Part shown: positions 24,962 to 35,165 of the stretch, one piece after another
Layout of the letters: the number at the start of each line of letters is the position of its first letter
Position numbering within the stretch: the stretch's first letter is position 1
The notes under the pieces: generated by a model
Told to the model about the DNA's origin: nothing
Databases searched by the model: none
The model's input: the letters and a program-made list of their open reading frames with translations, nothing else
From: Candidatus Woesebacteria bacterium GW2011_GWB1_39_10
Lineage (GTDB): Bacteria > Patescibacteriota > Microgenomatia > UBA8517
DNA: 64,000 nt
NCBI GenBank assembly: GCA_000993205.1
Contig: LBVU01000004.1
Span: 27,338 to 91,337, forward strand
Reading direction: 5' to 3'
Translations under genes and position numbers: made by a program

Positions 24962-25897
24962 TCACAGAAAGCTCTTAATCTCTTCAAAACTCTTTGCCTC
25001 CATTAATTTTTGCCTAAGAATGCTCGCCCCTTTAAAATTATTGATATACATTTTGAAAAATTTCTTGATTATGGCGAAATTTTTGGTTCCTCCCCAAGTT
25101 TTTTCAAATAGTTCCATATGTCTAAGAAGCAATTTGATATATTCCGCTTTCGTATGTTCCCCTGAATCTTTTGAGAACACCCATGGATTTACAAAAATTC
25201 CCCGCCCTATCATTACCCCATCCACTCCGTATTTTTGGGCTTTTTTGACCACCTCGATGTAACTTTTAACATCTCCGTTTCCAATAATTATAGTATTGGG
25301 AGCGATTTTATCTTTAATTTTTACAATCTCGCCTATTTCTTCCCAATCAGCGGGGAAAGCGGACATTTGTTTTGCGGTTCTTGCGTGAATAGTTAACGCT
25401 GCCAAATCTTGTTTTAGAAGGAACGTGCACCAATCGCGTGCAATATTTTCATTTTTGCCAAGTCTGGTTTTAACACTCACGGGAAGAGCGCCTGCCCCTT
25501 TTTTAACTGATTTGATAATTTCGCCTGATAAATCGTAATTTCCTATGAGTCCAGCTCCTGCCCCACGTTTCATCACCTCCCGAACCGGACAGCCCATATT
25601 TATATCAACTCCGTCAAAGCCAAGGTCTGCTACAATTTTCGCAGCCTTTTTCATATTCCGAGGGACCGTTCCCCAAATTTGAGCAACAATAGGGTGTTGA
25701 TCTGAAGTAAATGTCAGTTTTCTTAGTGGAATCCCGTGGGAGTTGAAGACTAAGCCGTCACTGCTTACAAACTCAGTGAAGAAGACATCAGGCCTTCCCG
25801 CTTCCAATACAACCTGCCTAAAAACATTATCTGTAACATCATCCATCGGAGCAAGAACGGTAAATGGCTTATGTAGCTCTAACCAAAAATTATTCAT
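24962..25897 (-). CDS. dus: tRNA-dihydrouridine synthase
   Basis: LAPMDDVTD, DINMGCP, VSVKTRLG, IHART, GNGD, MIGRG. Confidence 0.93.
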   Translation of the reverse strand: MNNFWLELHKPFTVLAPMDDVTDNVFRQVVLEAGRPDVFFTEFVSSDGLVFNSHGIPLRKLTFTSDQHPIVAQIWGTVPRNMKKAAKIVADLGFDGVDINMGCPVREVMKRGAGAGLIGNYDLSGEIIKSVKKGAGALPVSVKTRLGKNENIARDWCTFLLKQDLAALTIHARTAKQMSAFPADWEEIGEIVKIKDKIAPNTIIIGNGDVKSYIEVVKKAQKYGVDGVMIGRGIFVNPWVFSKDSGEHTKAEYIKLLLRHMELFEKTWGGTKNFAIIKKFFKMYINNFKGASILRQKLMEAKSFEEIKSFL

Positions 25898-26948
25898 GAA
25901 GTTCCAGACTTTTAATTTCCGGTAAACTCTTGCCGATAACTCCCTGCAAGTCGCCATACATTCCGTGTGTGTGATCTATAACCTTTCTAATTTCTTTTTC
26001 CTGTCTGGCCCACTTTACATTAAAATACCTTTTTTCTTTCTCTAATTCTTCCTGCAAATTACTAAATGCGTCCACTATTCCCTCTACCCTGTTTTTAAAT
26101 TCCGTCCCTGTTAAATATTGATAAAGAATTTTCATTTTCTCGTCTTTGCCTTCGCTTGAAGTCCTTTCGTGGAACAAACTCACCAGATTGAAACGTAAGG
26201 ACCAGGAAAGCGGAATAAAATGTTTCCAACTTACTATCCAAACTCCGTCACGATAAGCAAAGCTGTCCACCCCCTCGGGTAAATTAACTGTAACAAGAAC
26301 TGCCAGGTCGGCCTTGGCCTGACGCTGATCTTCTTTTAATTTCGAAATCCAGCCATTACTCCATTCGGCATTCTTGCTTTCCCAAAGAATTTTACCGCAA
26401 GATCTACCCAGTTTATCGACCACCTCTTGCTCCACATCTGCCCCTCTTTGCCCCTTTTTAACTTCCAAAATTTTATCCGTAGGGAACTCTTCTCTAAGTT
26501 TTGTTTCTAGTTCAAGTTCGAGCGTTTCTCCTTGGGTTTGTTGCGAACCTTGTTGGATCTTTGTTTTGAGGGATTCGATTTGATCCAGGGCTTGTTGAAG
26601 TTTATTGTCCTTTTCCAAATCTTTTAGTTTATGTTCTTCGTCCGCTTTTTGTCTGACCTCAACCTTAATTCTTTCTTCTTCATCCATTAGTCTCTTCTTC
26701 ATTTGAATTTCGCGTTCCTCGTCTTTCTCGCGAAGTTTTTTGATTTCATCCAAAAGTTCGGAAATTTGATTTGTAAGTTTTTCTACGCGCTCCTTTGTTT
26801 CTTCTTCGCTTTTCCTTTTTACTTCTTCCAGTTCTTCTTTATGCTTTGACAACAAGGTTTGACTAACCTGTTCTTCAATTTCATGCTTTAGAGCCTCCGT
26901 AGCTTCAAATTCCTTGCCGCAATGAGGGCATTTAATTGTATTTTTCAT
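25890..26948 (-). CDS. DUF2130 coiled-coil protein
   Basis: IKCPHCG, GSQQTQGE, KGQRGAD, ILWESKN, WISKLKED. Confidence 0.85.
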   Translation of the reverse strand: MKNTIKCPHCGKEFEATEALKHEIEEQVSQTLLSKHKEELEEVKRKSEEETKERVEKLTNQISELLDEIKKLREKDEEREIQMKKRLMDEEERIKVEVRQKADEEHKLKDLEKDNKLQQALDQIESLKTKIQQGSQQTQGETLELELETKLREEFPTDKILEVKKGQRGADVEQEVVDKLGRSCGKILWESKNAEWSNGWISKLKEDQRQAKADLAVLVTVNLPEGVDSFAYRDGVWIVSWKHFIPLSWSLRFNLVSLFHERTSSEGKDEKMKILYQYLTGTEFKNRVEGIVDAFSNLQEELEKEKRYFNVKWARQEKEIRKVIDHTHGMYGDLQGVIGKSLPEIKSLELHE

Positions 26949-27030
26949 TTAATACTGATTCTAACACGAAAGAAAAAGAGGAGGCGAGAGACCTTGATAT
27001 TAGTTTTCACTAATCCTCTTTTTTCGTTTT

Positions 27031-27477
27031 TTATTGAACTATGGTAGCGTACCAAAATCTTTGCAAATTGCCATCGCTATTATCTACTACCGGGTAAAGG
27101 ATATTGTTCGTTTTATCCCAGGCATAGATGGTTCCAATTTCAGGAGCAGGTGAATTTGGCGACGAACACATTGCTTTAACTCTTGCTCCGTTATCATTTA
27201 CAAAAGTTGCCCAAGAATAGACAAATCCATTCTCTCTGGTTTTTTCACCGTTAAAACCTTCAAATTTCCAACCACTCGCAGGCAACCACTCAGGGGTGGA
27301 GGTTGGGACTACTGTTGCGATAACCTGAAAGGTAGGTGTAGAAAGTGCTGTTTGTCCATTCACATCAAAGACTTCATTGGTTGATGCCCGATTCCTCAAA
27401 TAAACCAAGACAAGAAGGATCACAGCAACAACCAAAACAAGACCAGCTCCGGCAATCCACAATTTTTTGTTATTCAT
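27031..27477 (-). CDS. Hypothetical membrane-anchored protein
   Basis: Strong SD AAGGAGG before ATG 27477; N-terminal TM and a P/T-rich linker. Confidence 0.7.
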   Translation of the reverse strand: MNNKKLWIAGAGLVLVVAVILLVLVYLRNRASTNEVFDVNGQTALSTPTFQVIATVVPTSTPEWLPASGWKFEGFNGEKTRENGFVYSWATFVNDNGARVKAMCSSPNSPAPEIGTIYAWDKTNNILYPVVDNSDGNLQRFWYATIVQ

Positions 27478-27564
27478 TTTGCCTCCTTTCGCAAAATGAG
27501 TCTCTCGCCTCTTTTTAAAGTTCTCTCCAAATCTATTGAAGATGTGCAAATTATACTCCAGAAA

Positions 27565-28470
27565 TCAAATGTTTCGTAAGTTTTTCTTAAGTTCCTCCAG
27601 GCTTTGAAAGTCATGAATTGAAACAGGTATAATCTTTTTACCAATTTTGCCCAATCTTTTTATCAATTTTTGAAAATCTTCTATATTAATCAGGTCAGTT
27701 TTAGTCAAGATTATAACTTCTGGTTTATTGGTTAGATCAAAGCCGAATTTTTCTAACTCACTTCTTACAGTTTTGTAATCTTTCAGATGGTCCTGTGATT
27801 CGCAGGAGATACAGTGAAGAAGCGTCGAAACCTTTTCAATATGTTTCAAAAATGCAATTCCCAACCCCTTCCCCTTGGAAGCTCCTTCAATCAATCCCGG
27901 AATATCTGCAAGACATCTATTCTCAAAAACCCCTAAATTTGGCTCGAGTGTTGTAAACGGGTAGTTGGCAGTTTCCGCTTTTGCGTTCGTCAATTCGTTC
28001 AAGAGACTGCTTTTACCGGCATTGGGGAGCCCTATCAAACCAAAATCTGCAAGTAGTTTGAGAGAAAGGATAATACGTTTTTCTTCTCCGCGTTCCCCCC
28101 GACTTCCTGTAGTACCCCCAAAACCCCCTCTTCCTCCGCGACAAATAAGTTTTTCCTCACCGGGTTTAGTTAATTCCAAAATAGATTCGCCGGATTCTTT
28201 ATCAATTATACTTGTTCCCGCCGGAAGTAAAATTTCAATATCTCTGCCTTGTTTCCCGGTTCTGTTGTTTTTACCTCCCATACTCCCGTTTTCTGCAATG
28301 AAAATATCTTTTTCACTAAATTGGTTTAAAAGATTAATATTTGATGAGGTCTTGATAAAAACACTGCCTCCATTGCCTCCGTTTCCGCCTGCTGGACCTT
28401 TAAACTTATTAGGCATTCCGGCTCCTCCGTGTCCGCCACGAATTGTAATTTCTGCTCTATCGATTAACAT
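27565..28470 (-). CDS. obgE: GTPase Obg (short form)
   Basis: Gly-rich Obg fold, GLPNAGKSSLL, YPFTTLEP, DIPGLIEGA, TKTD. Confidence 0.92.
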   Translation of the reverse strand: MLIDRAEITIRGGHGGAGMPNKFKGPAGGNGGNGGSVFIKTSSNINLLNQFSEKDIFIAENGSMGGKNNRTGKQGRDIEILLPAGTSIIDKESGESILELTKPGEEKLICRGGRGGFGGTTGSRGERGEEKRIILSLKLLADFGLIGLPNAGKSSLLNELTNAKAETANYPFTTLEPNLGVFENRCLADIPGLIEGASKGKGLGIAFLKHIEKVSTLLHCISCESQDHLKDYKTVRSELEKFGFDLTNKPEVIILTKTDLINIEDFQKLIKRLGKIGKKIIPVSIHDFQSLEELKKNLRNI

Positions 28471-28493
28471 CTGCTCATTATATAATGTTTTTT

Positions 28494-29528
28494 ATGTTAA
28501 ATTTTCCCAAAGGGAAAAAATTAGCTTTTGTGTATAATGTCAGACATGTTTACCCGGACTCCGATGATCCTTCAACTTTTAACGAAGCAGATTTTGACGA
28601 TCAGGAGACGATTGACTCAATTGTCTCTCATCTCAAAAATTTAGGTTTAGACGTTTTGCCGATAGAAGCAAATACTCAAGCAGAACCCATTTTAATCGAT
28701 AATAAAACGGAAATCGGCTTTGTACTTAATTATTCCGAGGAGGTGTTTAAGTCTGAGCCAAAAACTTATATGGCGGAGGTGCTGGAAAGAGTCGGCCTGC
28801 CTTTTTCCGGATGCTTTTACAAAACCCAAAAAATAATTATCAACAAAGGTGAGATGAAGAGATTGCTCCTAATCGAAGGTGTGTCGACTCTACCCTATCA
28901 GGTTTTTGAAGACGCTAAGGAAAATTTGGACTCCCAGCTCAGGTTTCCTCTTATCGTTAAACCTATCGCCCGCGGTTCTTCTGCCGGAATAACAAACAAG
29001 AGTATTGTAAATAATAACGAAGAGTTGTCCAGACAAGTCAAATTTGTATTGGACACTTTTAATGAACCTGCTCTTGTAGAGCCTTTCATTGAAGGCAGAG
29101 AGTTCTCCGTTGGCATGCTGGGAAACCCTCCGGAAATTTTTCCCATAATCGAGCCTTTGCATGACAAACTTCCAAAAGACTTTTACCATATTGACTCAAT
29201 GGAAGTTAAATGGAAAGTTGAAGACGAGCTGGGTGTGGATTATTTTAAAATACCTGCAGATACGGGCAATGATTTAAAGTCAAATATTGAAAATTTATGC
29301 CGTGCCACATGGAATACCTTGGAAATAAGAGATTTTTGCAGAATTGATTTACGAATAAATCAAAAAAATAATATTATTTATGTTCTTGATGTAAACTCTC
29401 CTCCGGGTTTAATTCCTCCGGAAATTTCCACTACCTCTTATTTTCCAATGGCCGCAAAAGTAAAAGGATATAATTATGAAGACCTTCTGTCCAAGATAAT
29501 CGATGCAGGCCTTAGCAGATATCAATGA
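28494..29528 (+). CDS. D-Ala-D-Ala ligase-like ATP-grasp protein
   Basis: FPLIVKP..GSSAGI, EPFIEGREF, RIDLR, DVNSPPGL. Confidence 0.8.
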   Translation: MLNFPKGKKLAFVYNVRHVYPDSDDPSTFNEADFDDQETIDSIVSHLKNLGLDVLPIEANTQAEPILIDNKTEIGFVLNYSEEVFKSEPKTYMAEVLERVGLPFSGCFYKTQKIIINKGEMKRLLLIEGVSTLPYQVFEDAKENLDSQLRFPLIVKPIARGSSAGITNKSIVNNNEELSRQVKFVLDTFNEPALVEPFIEGREFSVGMLGNPPEIFPIIEPLHDKLPKDFYHIDSMEVKWKVEDELGVDYFKIPADTGNDLKSNIENLCRATWNTLEIRDFCRIDLRINQKNNIIYVLDVNSPPGLIPPEISTTSYFPMAAKVKGYNYEDLLSKIIDAGLSRYQ

Positions 29529-29659
29529 TCATCAAAAGAAAAGAGGGGTATTATGTTATCGGCAGAACATCAAGAAAGCACCTGGGAGGACCGTACAAAA
29601 AACGGGAAGATGCAGTTAATAGGCTTCGTCAGGTGGAATTTTTTAAGAAATCCCGATAA
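29525..29659 (+). CDS. Small basic protein, 44 aa
   Basis: MIIKRKEGYYVIGRTSRKHLGGPYKKREDAVNRLRQVEFFKKSR*; ATGA overlap with the upstream gene; below the ORF-track cutoff. Confidence 0.7.
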   Translation: MIIKRKEGYYVIGRTSRKHLGGPYKKREDAVNRLRQVEFFKKSR

Positions 29660-29666
29660 ATGAATA

Positions 29667-30365
29667 TTGGATATGAAACTTAAACTTGTTGAAAAAAGAG
29701 AAGAGGCTAAAGGAACGGTATCTTTTTTTTGGGAGCCCGAAAAACCGGTGGATTTTTTGGCAGGACAATATTATTACTTCTCTATTCCAAAGCTAAAGTA
29801 TCCTGACTCAAAAGGCACAACCAGACATTTTACAATTTCCTCTTCTCCAACCGAAGGGAACCTTCTATGGATTACAACAAGAATAAGAGAAAAGTCAGGG
29901 TACAAAAAAACACTCAACGAACTTCCTATCGATACTGAAATCGAAGGAGAGGGCCCCAATGGAACTTTCATTCTTGACGAGAAAGACATAGGACCACAAG
30001 TATTCATTGCCGGTGGGGTCGGAATTACTCCGTTTAGGAGCATAATTAAATACGCTATAGATAAGAACATACAAACTCCAATGTATTTAATCTACTCAAA
30101 TTCTGATAGCCAATTCGTTTTTAAAGATGAATTTGACAAATGGGCAAGTCAAAATGATTATTTCAAAGTTTCATATTTCGATTCGTCTGTTTCTGGCCAC
30201 TTGGATAGCACAAAATTGCAGCCCCTACTTACTACATACAATATACTTCATACAACCTTTTGGTTGGCCGGTCCTCCCCCAATGGTAGACGCCATGGAGC
30301 AGGTTTTAGGTAAACTTAAGATTACTTCCGACAAAATCCGCTCCGAAAAATTCACAGGATATTAG
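29667..30365 (+). CDS. FAD/NAD(P)-binding oxidoreductase (FNR-like)
   Basis: RHFTISSSP, GPNGTF, FIAGGVGITPF, AGPPPMV, EKFTGY. Confidence 0.88.
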   Translation: MDMKLKLVEKREEAKGTVSFFWEPEKPVDFLAGQYYYFSIPKLKYPDSKGTTRHFTISSSPTEGNLLWITTRIREKSGYKKTLNELPIDTEIEGEGPNGTFILDEKDIGPQVFIAGGVGITPFRSIIKYAIDKNIQTPMYLIYSNSDSQFVFKDEFDKWASQNDYFKVSYFDSSVSGHLDSTKLQPLLTTYNILHTTFWLAGPPPMVDAMEQVLGKLKITSDKIRSEKFTGY

Positions 30366-30405
30366 CTTCACTGATTCCCTCAGTGTTATAATCTTTGCAG
30401 AGTTT

Positions 30406-30478
30406 GCCGAGGTAGCTCAGTTGGTAGAGCGGCGGTATCGTAAACCGCAGGTCGTGGGTTCGATCCCCACTCTCGGCT
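30406..30478 (+). tRNA. tRNA-Thr(CGT)
   Basis: GCCGAGG/TCTCGGC acceptor, GCGGT-ATCGTAA-ACCGC, GTGGG-TTCGATC-CCCAC. Confidence 0.93.
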
Positions 30479-30491
30479 CCCAAGATAAATT

Positions 30492-31220
30492 ATGGCTATT
30501 ATGGCTAGAAATTATTCCAGGCTGGCATCGGTTGAAGAAAGAAGGAATCTAAGAAGAGCAATCACATACATTGTTCTTGCAATTTCAGGTCTTGTACTTC
30601 TCTTCTTTTTGGGAATACCGGTAATCGGAAGATTCACCGCTTTTGTTTCTGATCTTGGAAAAAGTAATAAGCCGATTACAAACACTGACAAGACTCCACC
30701 CGCACCACCAAGATTCAATACTTTCCCGGATTTTACAAACCAAAACCAAATAAGTCTTGCTGGCACCACCGAGTCGGGGACCACGATTAAATTGACATTT
30801 AACAGAAACGTAATAGATACTCTTGCCGACAAAGACGGTACCTTTACGTTTAGCAACCTGACCTTAAATGATGGCTACAATATTTTTTTTGCCACCTCTA
30901 CCGACGCTGCCGGGAATAATAGCCAACAAACACAAGAATATAAAATAGTTTTTGATAACAAACCCCCCGACCTGACAATAGAAAGCCCCGGTGACGGCTC
31001 AACTTTTTTTGGATCAAAGCAGAGGCAAATTACAATTCAGGGAATATCTGAAAGCGGAGTTCAAATAACAATTAACGATAGAGTCGTTGTTGTCGATGAT
31101 AATGGTAAATTTCAATATACATTAACTCTCAACGAAGGAGAAAATAAATTTACAATTAAAGCGACCGACCAGGCAGGAAACTCCATCGAAAAAGACCTCA
31201 TGTTAAGTTTTTCTCCTTAA
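30492..31220 (+). CDS. Membrane-anchored Ig-like (Big) domain protein
   Basis: TM, DKTPPAPP, two repeats ending TDAAGN / TDQAGN. Confidence 0.8.
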   Translation: MAIMARNYSRLASVEERRNLRRAITYIVLAISGLVLLFFLGIPVIGRFTAFVSDLGKSNKPITNTDKTPPAPPRFNTFPDFTNQNQISLAGTTESGTTIKLTFNRNVIDTLADKDGTFTFSNLTLNDGYNIFFATSTDAAGNNSQQTQEYKIVFDNKPPDLTIESPGDGSTFFGSKQRQITIQGISESGVQITINDRVVVVDDNGKFQYTLTLNEGENKFTIKATDQAGNSIEKDLMLSFSP

Positions 31221-32373
31221 CACAAAGGGCAAGCAAAAATACCATCCACCCCATTATCCAGGGATAAAAAAGTGAATTTGAAAACAGACTATGAACTGCG
31301 AGAGCTAAGAACGAAGAACTAAGAACTAAAAAGTTGGGAGTATGTTTTACAGATAAGCCGATTCCTGATATTGAATAAATAAAAACTATTAAGCCAACAA
31401 CCCCAGTAGTTGTCAAAACAAACAAGAGACTTGAATCAGATCCTGAACAAGAGTGAGAAGTAAACGTCTGAGATCCAATATATTTTTGGTAAGCAACGCA
31501 CATATTGTTGTATCCAATCCCAAATATTGGAGACTTTGAAAATATTGCCAATGTAGATTGATAGTTTTCAACTTTTGCAATAGCTGAAAAACTTCTAAAA
31601 AGTTGAATGCTATGATTCTTTGTTGTGGGTAAAACAAAGACTAATACGACAAACAAAATCGATGGGATAATAATTTTCTTTAATATTTGTTTACCCCAAA
31701 TAAACAGAGTAAGACCCACAAAAAGCGCCAAATAGCTTGCCCTGGAATAAGTAAAGGCCAGAGAGACTAAAAGAAACATTAAAAATAGAATATTTTTGAA
31801 GTTCCAACTACTAATACATCGATGTATTAGTAGTAACAAGCCAAAAACAATAATCAGACCCAAAAATGTTGGATCAAGAAAAGTACCAACTAAACGAAAT
31901 AAATGCATATCCCAACCCCATTCAAAAAAAGGTTTAATGTCGGGGAATCTAAAAAACTGAATCCAACCAAATATTACAGATACGACAGAAACGGTTAGAA
32001 GAGAATCAACCAGCAATTTTTTATTCTTTGATCTACCCGCTGAAAAATTCAAAACATATATGAGAAAGTAAGAATAGGCAACCAAACGGAGAAGATATAA
32101 AAGTCCATAAAGTACCTCTATTTGTTTAAATATAAATAACCCAAAAATCCAGGAGAACGTCGCTACAACCAACAATCCTTGAATATACTTAAAAAAATCC
32201 GGTTTTTTGAACCTTTTAATAATTGCATGGACTGCCCCCAGTCCAACGATCACGTCCATCGGATGCAATATCCCAATTCTAATTATTTGTCCAAAAGGAA
32301 ATATTACAAAGAAAAGAAAGATGAATATATTATTAAAATTTAGGCGTTTTGTATTATCCATTGTTTGCTCCAT
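31198..32373 (-). CDS. O-antigen ligase/polymerase family membrane protein
   Basis: Multi-TM, RLVGTFLDP, TYSRASYLA, PIFGIG. Confidence 0.8.
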   Translation of the reverse strand: MEQTMDNTKRLNFNNIFIFLFFVIFPFGQIIRIGILHPMDVIVGLGAVHAIIKRFKKPDFFKYIQGLLVVATFSWIFGLFIFKQIEVLYGLLYLLRLVAYSYFLIYVLNFSAGRSKNKKLLVDSLLTVSVVSVIFGWIQFFRFPDIKPFFEWGWDMHLFRLVGTFLDPTFLGLIIVFGLLLLIHRCISSWNFKNILFLMFLLVSLAFTYSRASYLALFVGLTLFIWGKQILKKIIIPSILFVVLVFVLPTTKNHSIQLFRSFSAIAKVENYQSTLAIFSKSPIFGIGYNNMCVAYQKYIGSQTFTSHSCSGSDSSLLFVLTTTGVVGLIVFIYSISGIGLSVKHTPNFLVLSSSFLALAVHSLFSNSLFYPWIMGWMVFLLALCVKEKNLT

Positions 32374-32903
32374 GACAGAAAGGAATGCAAAGACTGCATT
32401 ATACTAAAAACTATGTTTCTGGTTTTAAAAAAAGTAATTAAAAATTTCCCAAAGGGAAAAAAAATAATTTTTAAAAGCGTCGGTCTTTTTCCTTCCTCAA
32501 TATTTGCTTTCGCGTGCAGATCTGAATAGAAATTAATTTTCGAGATATATTCATGAAGATTGTCGGCAGTATTGTGAATTATTGGGGTATCGATCATTCC
32601 AACTCTGCCAGTTGACGGTTTCCAAACTTCATGAACACATCTTGCCCATTTCCCGGTTCCTTTTTTTACTAAACGGATAATTTTATCGTTCCCAAAATAC
32701 TGACCCAAAAAATAATTTTTCCTTATAAATTGATAGCATGAAAAATCATCGGATGTTTCAATTTTGAACTCTTTTAAAATTGTCTCATCTTTGTCCAAAA
32801 ATAACACCCAATCAGCTTTAGATTTTTTGAGTAATTTGTTTCGTGATGCCGCAAAATCTGTAATATTTTTTTTATTTAAGATAGCGGTCGTGAAGTTTTT
32901 CAT
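32340..32903 (-). CDS. Short family 2 glycosyltransferase
   Basis: FAASRN, WVLFLDKDE, VHE. Confidence 0.75.
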   Translation of the reverse strand: MKNFTTAILNKKNITDFAASRNKLLKKSKADWVLFLDKDETILKEFKIETSDDFSCYQFIRKNYFLGQYFGNDKIIRLVKKGTGKWARCVHEVWKPSTGRVGMIDTPIIHNTADNLHEYISKINFYSDLHAKANIEEGKRPTLLKIIFFPFGKFLITFFKTRNIVFSIMQSLHSFLSWSKQWIIQNA

Positions 32904-35164
32904 TTAATTGATTTAAATACCTGTATACCCCCATCTACCCAAATTTCGCGTCCGGCTGCAATCTGTCCGGAACTACCTTCTTCAACTATTGTATACCGCA
33001 CTCCTGCATCACTCTTAATTTTTGCGCCTCTAATTGTTAATAGATAAATATAGTTATTTGCAAAATTATTTTCGAATTGATCGTTTACCCCAATCCTTGA
33101 GATTGAAAAATCTGACCCTTTTGAATCTTTAATAATTTCATTGACCGTTGAAAGTTGAACCGAGTACGGCGGAGGGCTTTGGGAATAATCGGTAATAAAT
33201 TTATCCCGGTAAAACCAATCGGTGCTGACTAAATTCCATATTCCGAAACTTCCGATTAAAAACGTAAGAATCGCCAAAACAATATTATTTTTAAAAGTTT
33301 TTACCAAAATGTAGCTTGCCATGATTAACGGGACTGGGAAAATCGCCAGATAATAATGTTCTGGAGGGGCTCCGTGCATGAATAACCCAAGATAAGGGAT
33401 GATTAAATTAATCAAAAGTAAAATAAAAGCCGTTTCTTTATTTTTGTCGCGAAGGGGCCTAAAAATCCAAAAGGCGGATCCGAAGGTTACAAAGGCAAAT
33501 AATGCGATCGATAAAGTATTTGAATTCGGAACAAACGAGTCTTTAAAAAACTGGTATACAGAGTAAATGTTTTGCGACAAGACTTTCAAATTAACACTAT
33601 TCTTGGGATACAAACCAAAAAAACCAAGTACCCGGTAGGGGATCCATGTTATAAGTTGAAGTGTTATTGCAAATTTGTTTGATATCTCATAAATGATGAA
33701 GGTAATATTGGGGATCAGGAAAGCTAAAAAGAAATATATTACGTATTTTAATTTTGGGCTGACTTTAAAATAAATAAAACATACGATAGTTGCCGGAATT
33801 AAAAGAAACGGGCTTGGAAAAAAATTCATCGAAAGCCCCAAAATCAGTCCTAAAACACCTAAACTTTTACCTTTATCATTAATCGACTTTAGTAAATACC
33901 AAAGATATGGGAAAAATATTATAGCGGCCGGTGCATTATAACGTGAGTTTCTGGTCAACACGATCCATGCTGGGGAAACCGCCAACAGGAAAGAGGAAAT
34001 CAATGCAATTTTTTCGTTAAATAATTTTTTAACATAGTAGTAGCAAACAAGGATTGAAACCGATTCGACGACCGCCCAAAAAATATTGATTACACTAGGA
34101 TTAAATCTTGCAAAAAAAAGAAGAACGGTATAGATCCAATATGAAATTGGCGGAATAAAAAACCATTCGTGTGAGGTTCTGGGGCCTATCAAAAATGTCC
34201 GTGTTCCATGGATAATATTCCAAACGTTCATATAGTCTGTTCCCATCTCACCATTTAAAACAAGGTTGGGTATTAGTCTATAAAATCTCAAAAATGTTCC
34301 AAGGATCAATATTCCTAAAACCATTAGCGTACTTTTTGAAAATCTGGCAAACATTTCAACTATCAAAGCAGGTAAAAGGCCGTAGTGTTTTTTAAAATAA
34401 TAATATCTGCTATGTGCAAATATTTGCTTTATTTGATCGGAACTCTTCGGCGTCCCTTTAGATTCCATGTGTATTGCTTCGGATTTTGAATCAAAATAAA
34501 TTTCATGTCCGTTCTTTTTTAGACGTTTCGAAACATCGTTTTCTTCAAAATATAAAAATAGATTCTCGTCAAATTTATCAATTTTTTCGTAGACCTCTTT
34601 CTTAATCATGAAGGCGCCAAGTTGCCCCACTTCTACTTTCCGAGAAGTTCGCCTATTCCAACTATCCATCAGGTAATCTTTAACTATTGGATTGACGGGA
34701 AAGATTTTGTTTATGAAAGATAGAAAAAATATTCCTCTAACCGGGGTTAATTCTTTAGTCGCTTCGGGAGTAAATCTCCCCGAAATGTTTTTAATACGTG
34801 GAACCACCATCCCAATTTTGCTGTCTTTTTTCAAGATATTGTAAATATTTTTAAAGGATTGGAGATCGATAAGAATATCCGAGTCAATCGAAAAAATAAA
34901 CTTTCCAACCGCGTGCCTAATCCCGAAATTACGCCCCGCCCCCCATCCTAAATTTTTTGAAGCAGAGATGTATTTAACCCAAGAATATTTTTTCTTAACA
35001 GTATTTTCCTCAAGTTTTTCACCATTATTGTCCACCAAAATAAATTCACCAGATTTAAATTTCGATTTGATTATTTTTAGTTTATCTAGACACTTGTAAA
35101 CTTCACCGCCGTGCCCGAAATGCCCAACAACCACCGATACTTTAATCGTTTTTCGAAGCTTCAT
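32900..35164 (-). CDS. GT2 domain fused to an ArnT/PMT-like membrane glycosyltransferase
   Basis: N-terminal VDNN, NLGWG, DSD, FDENLFLYFEE; C-terminal multi-TM part starting FLRFYRL. Confidence 0.8.
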   Translation of the reverse strand: MKLRKTIKVSVVVGHFGHGGEVYKCLDKLKIIKSKFKSGEFILVDNNGEKLEENTVKKKYSWVKYISASKNLGWGAGRNFGIRHAVGKFIFSIDSDILIDLQSFKNIYNILKKDSKIGMVVPRIKNISGRFTPEATKELTPVRGIFFLSFINKIFPVNPIVKDYLMDSWNRRTSRKVEVGQLGAFMIKKEVYEKIDKFDENLFLYFEENDVSKRLKKNGHEIYFDSKSEAIHMESKGTPKSSDQIKQIFAHSRYYYFKKHYGLLPALIVEMFARFSKSTLMVLGILILGTFLRFYRLIPNLVLNGEMGTDYMNVWNIIHGTRTFLIGPRTSHEWFFIPPISYWIYTVLLFFARFNPSVINIFWAVVESVSILVCYYYVKKLFNEKIALISSFLLAVSPAWIVLTRNSRYNAPAAIIFFPYLWYLLKSINDKGKSLGVLGLILGLSMNFFPSPFLLIPATIVCFIYFKVSPKLKYVIYFFLAFLIPNITFIIYEISNKFAITLQLITWIPYRVLGFFGLYPKNSVNLKVLSQNIYSVYQFFKDSFVPNSNTLSIALFAFVTFGSAFWIFRPLRDKNKETAFILLLINLIIPYLGLFMHGAPPEHYYLAIFPVPLIMASYILVKTFKNNIVLAILTFLIGSFGIWNLVSTDWFYRDKFITDYSQSPPPYSVQLSTVNEIIKDSKGSDFSISRIGVNDQFENNFANNYIYLLTIRGAKIKSDAGVRYTIVEEGSSGQIAAGREIWVDGGIQVFKSIK

Positions 35165-35165
35165 A

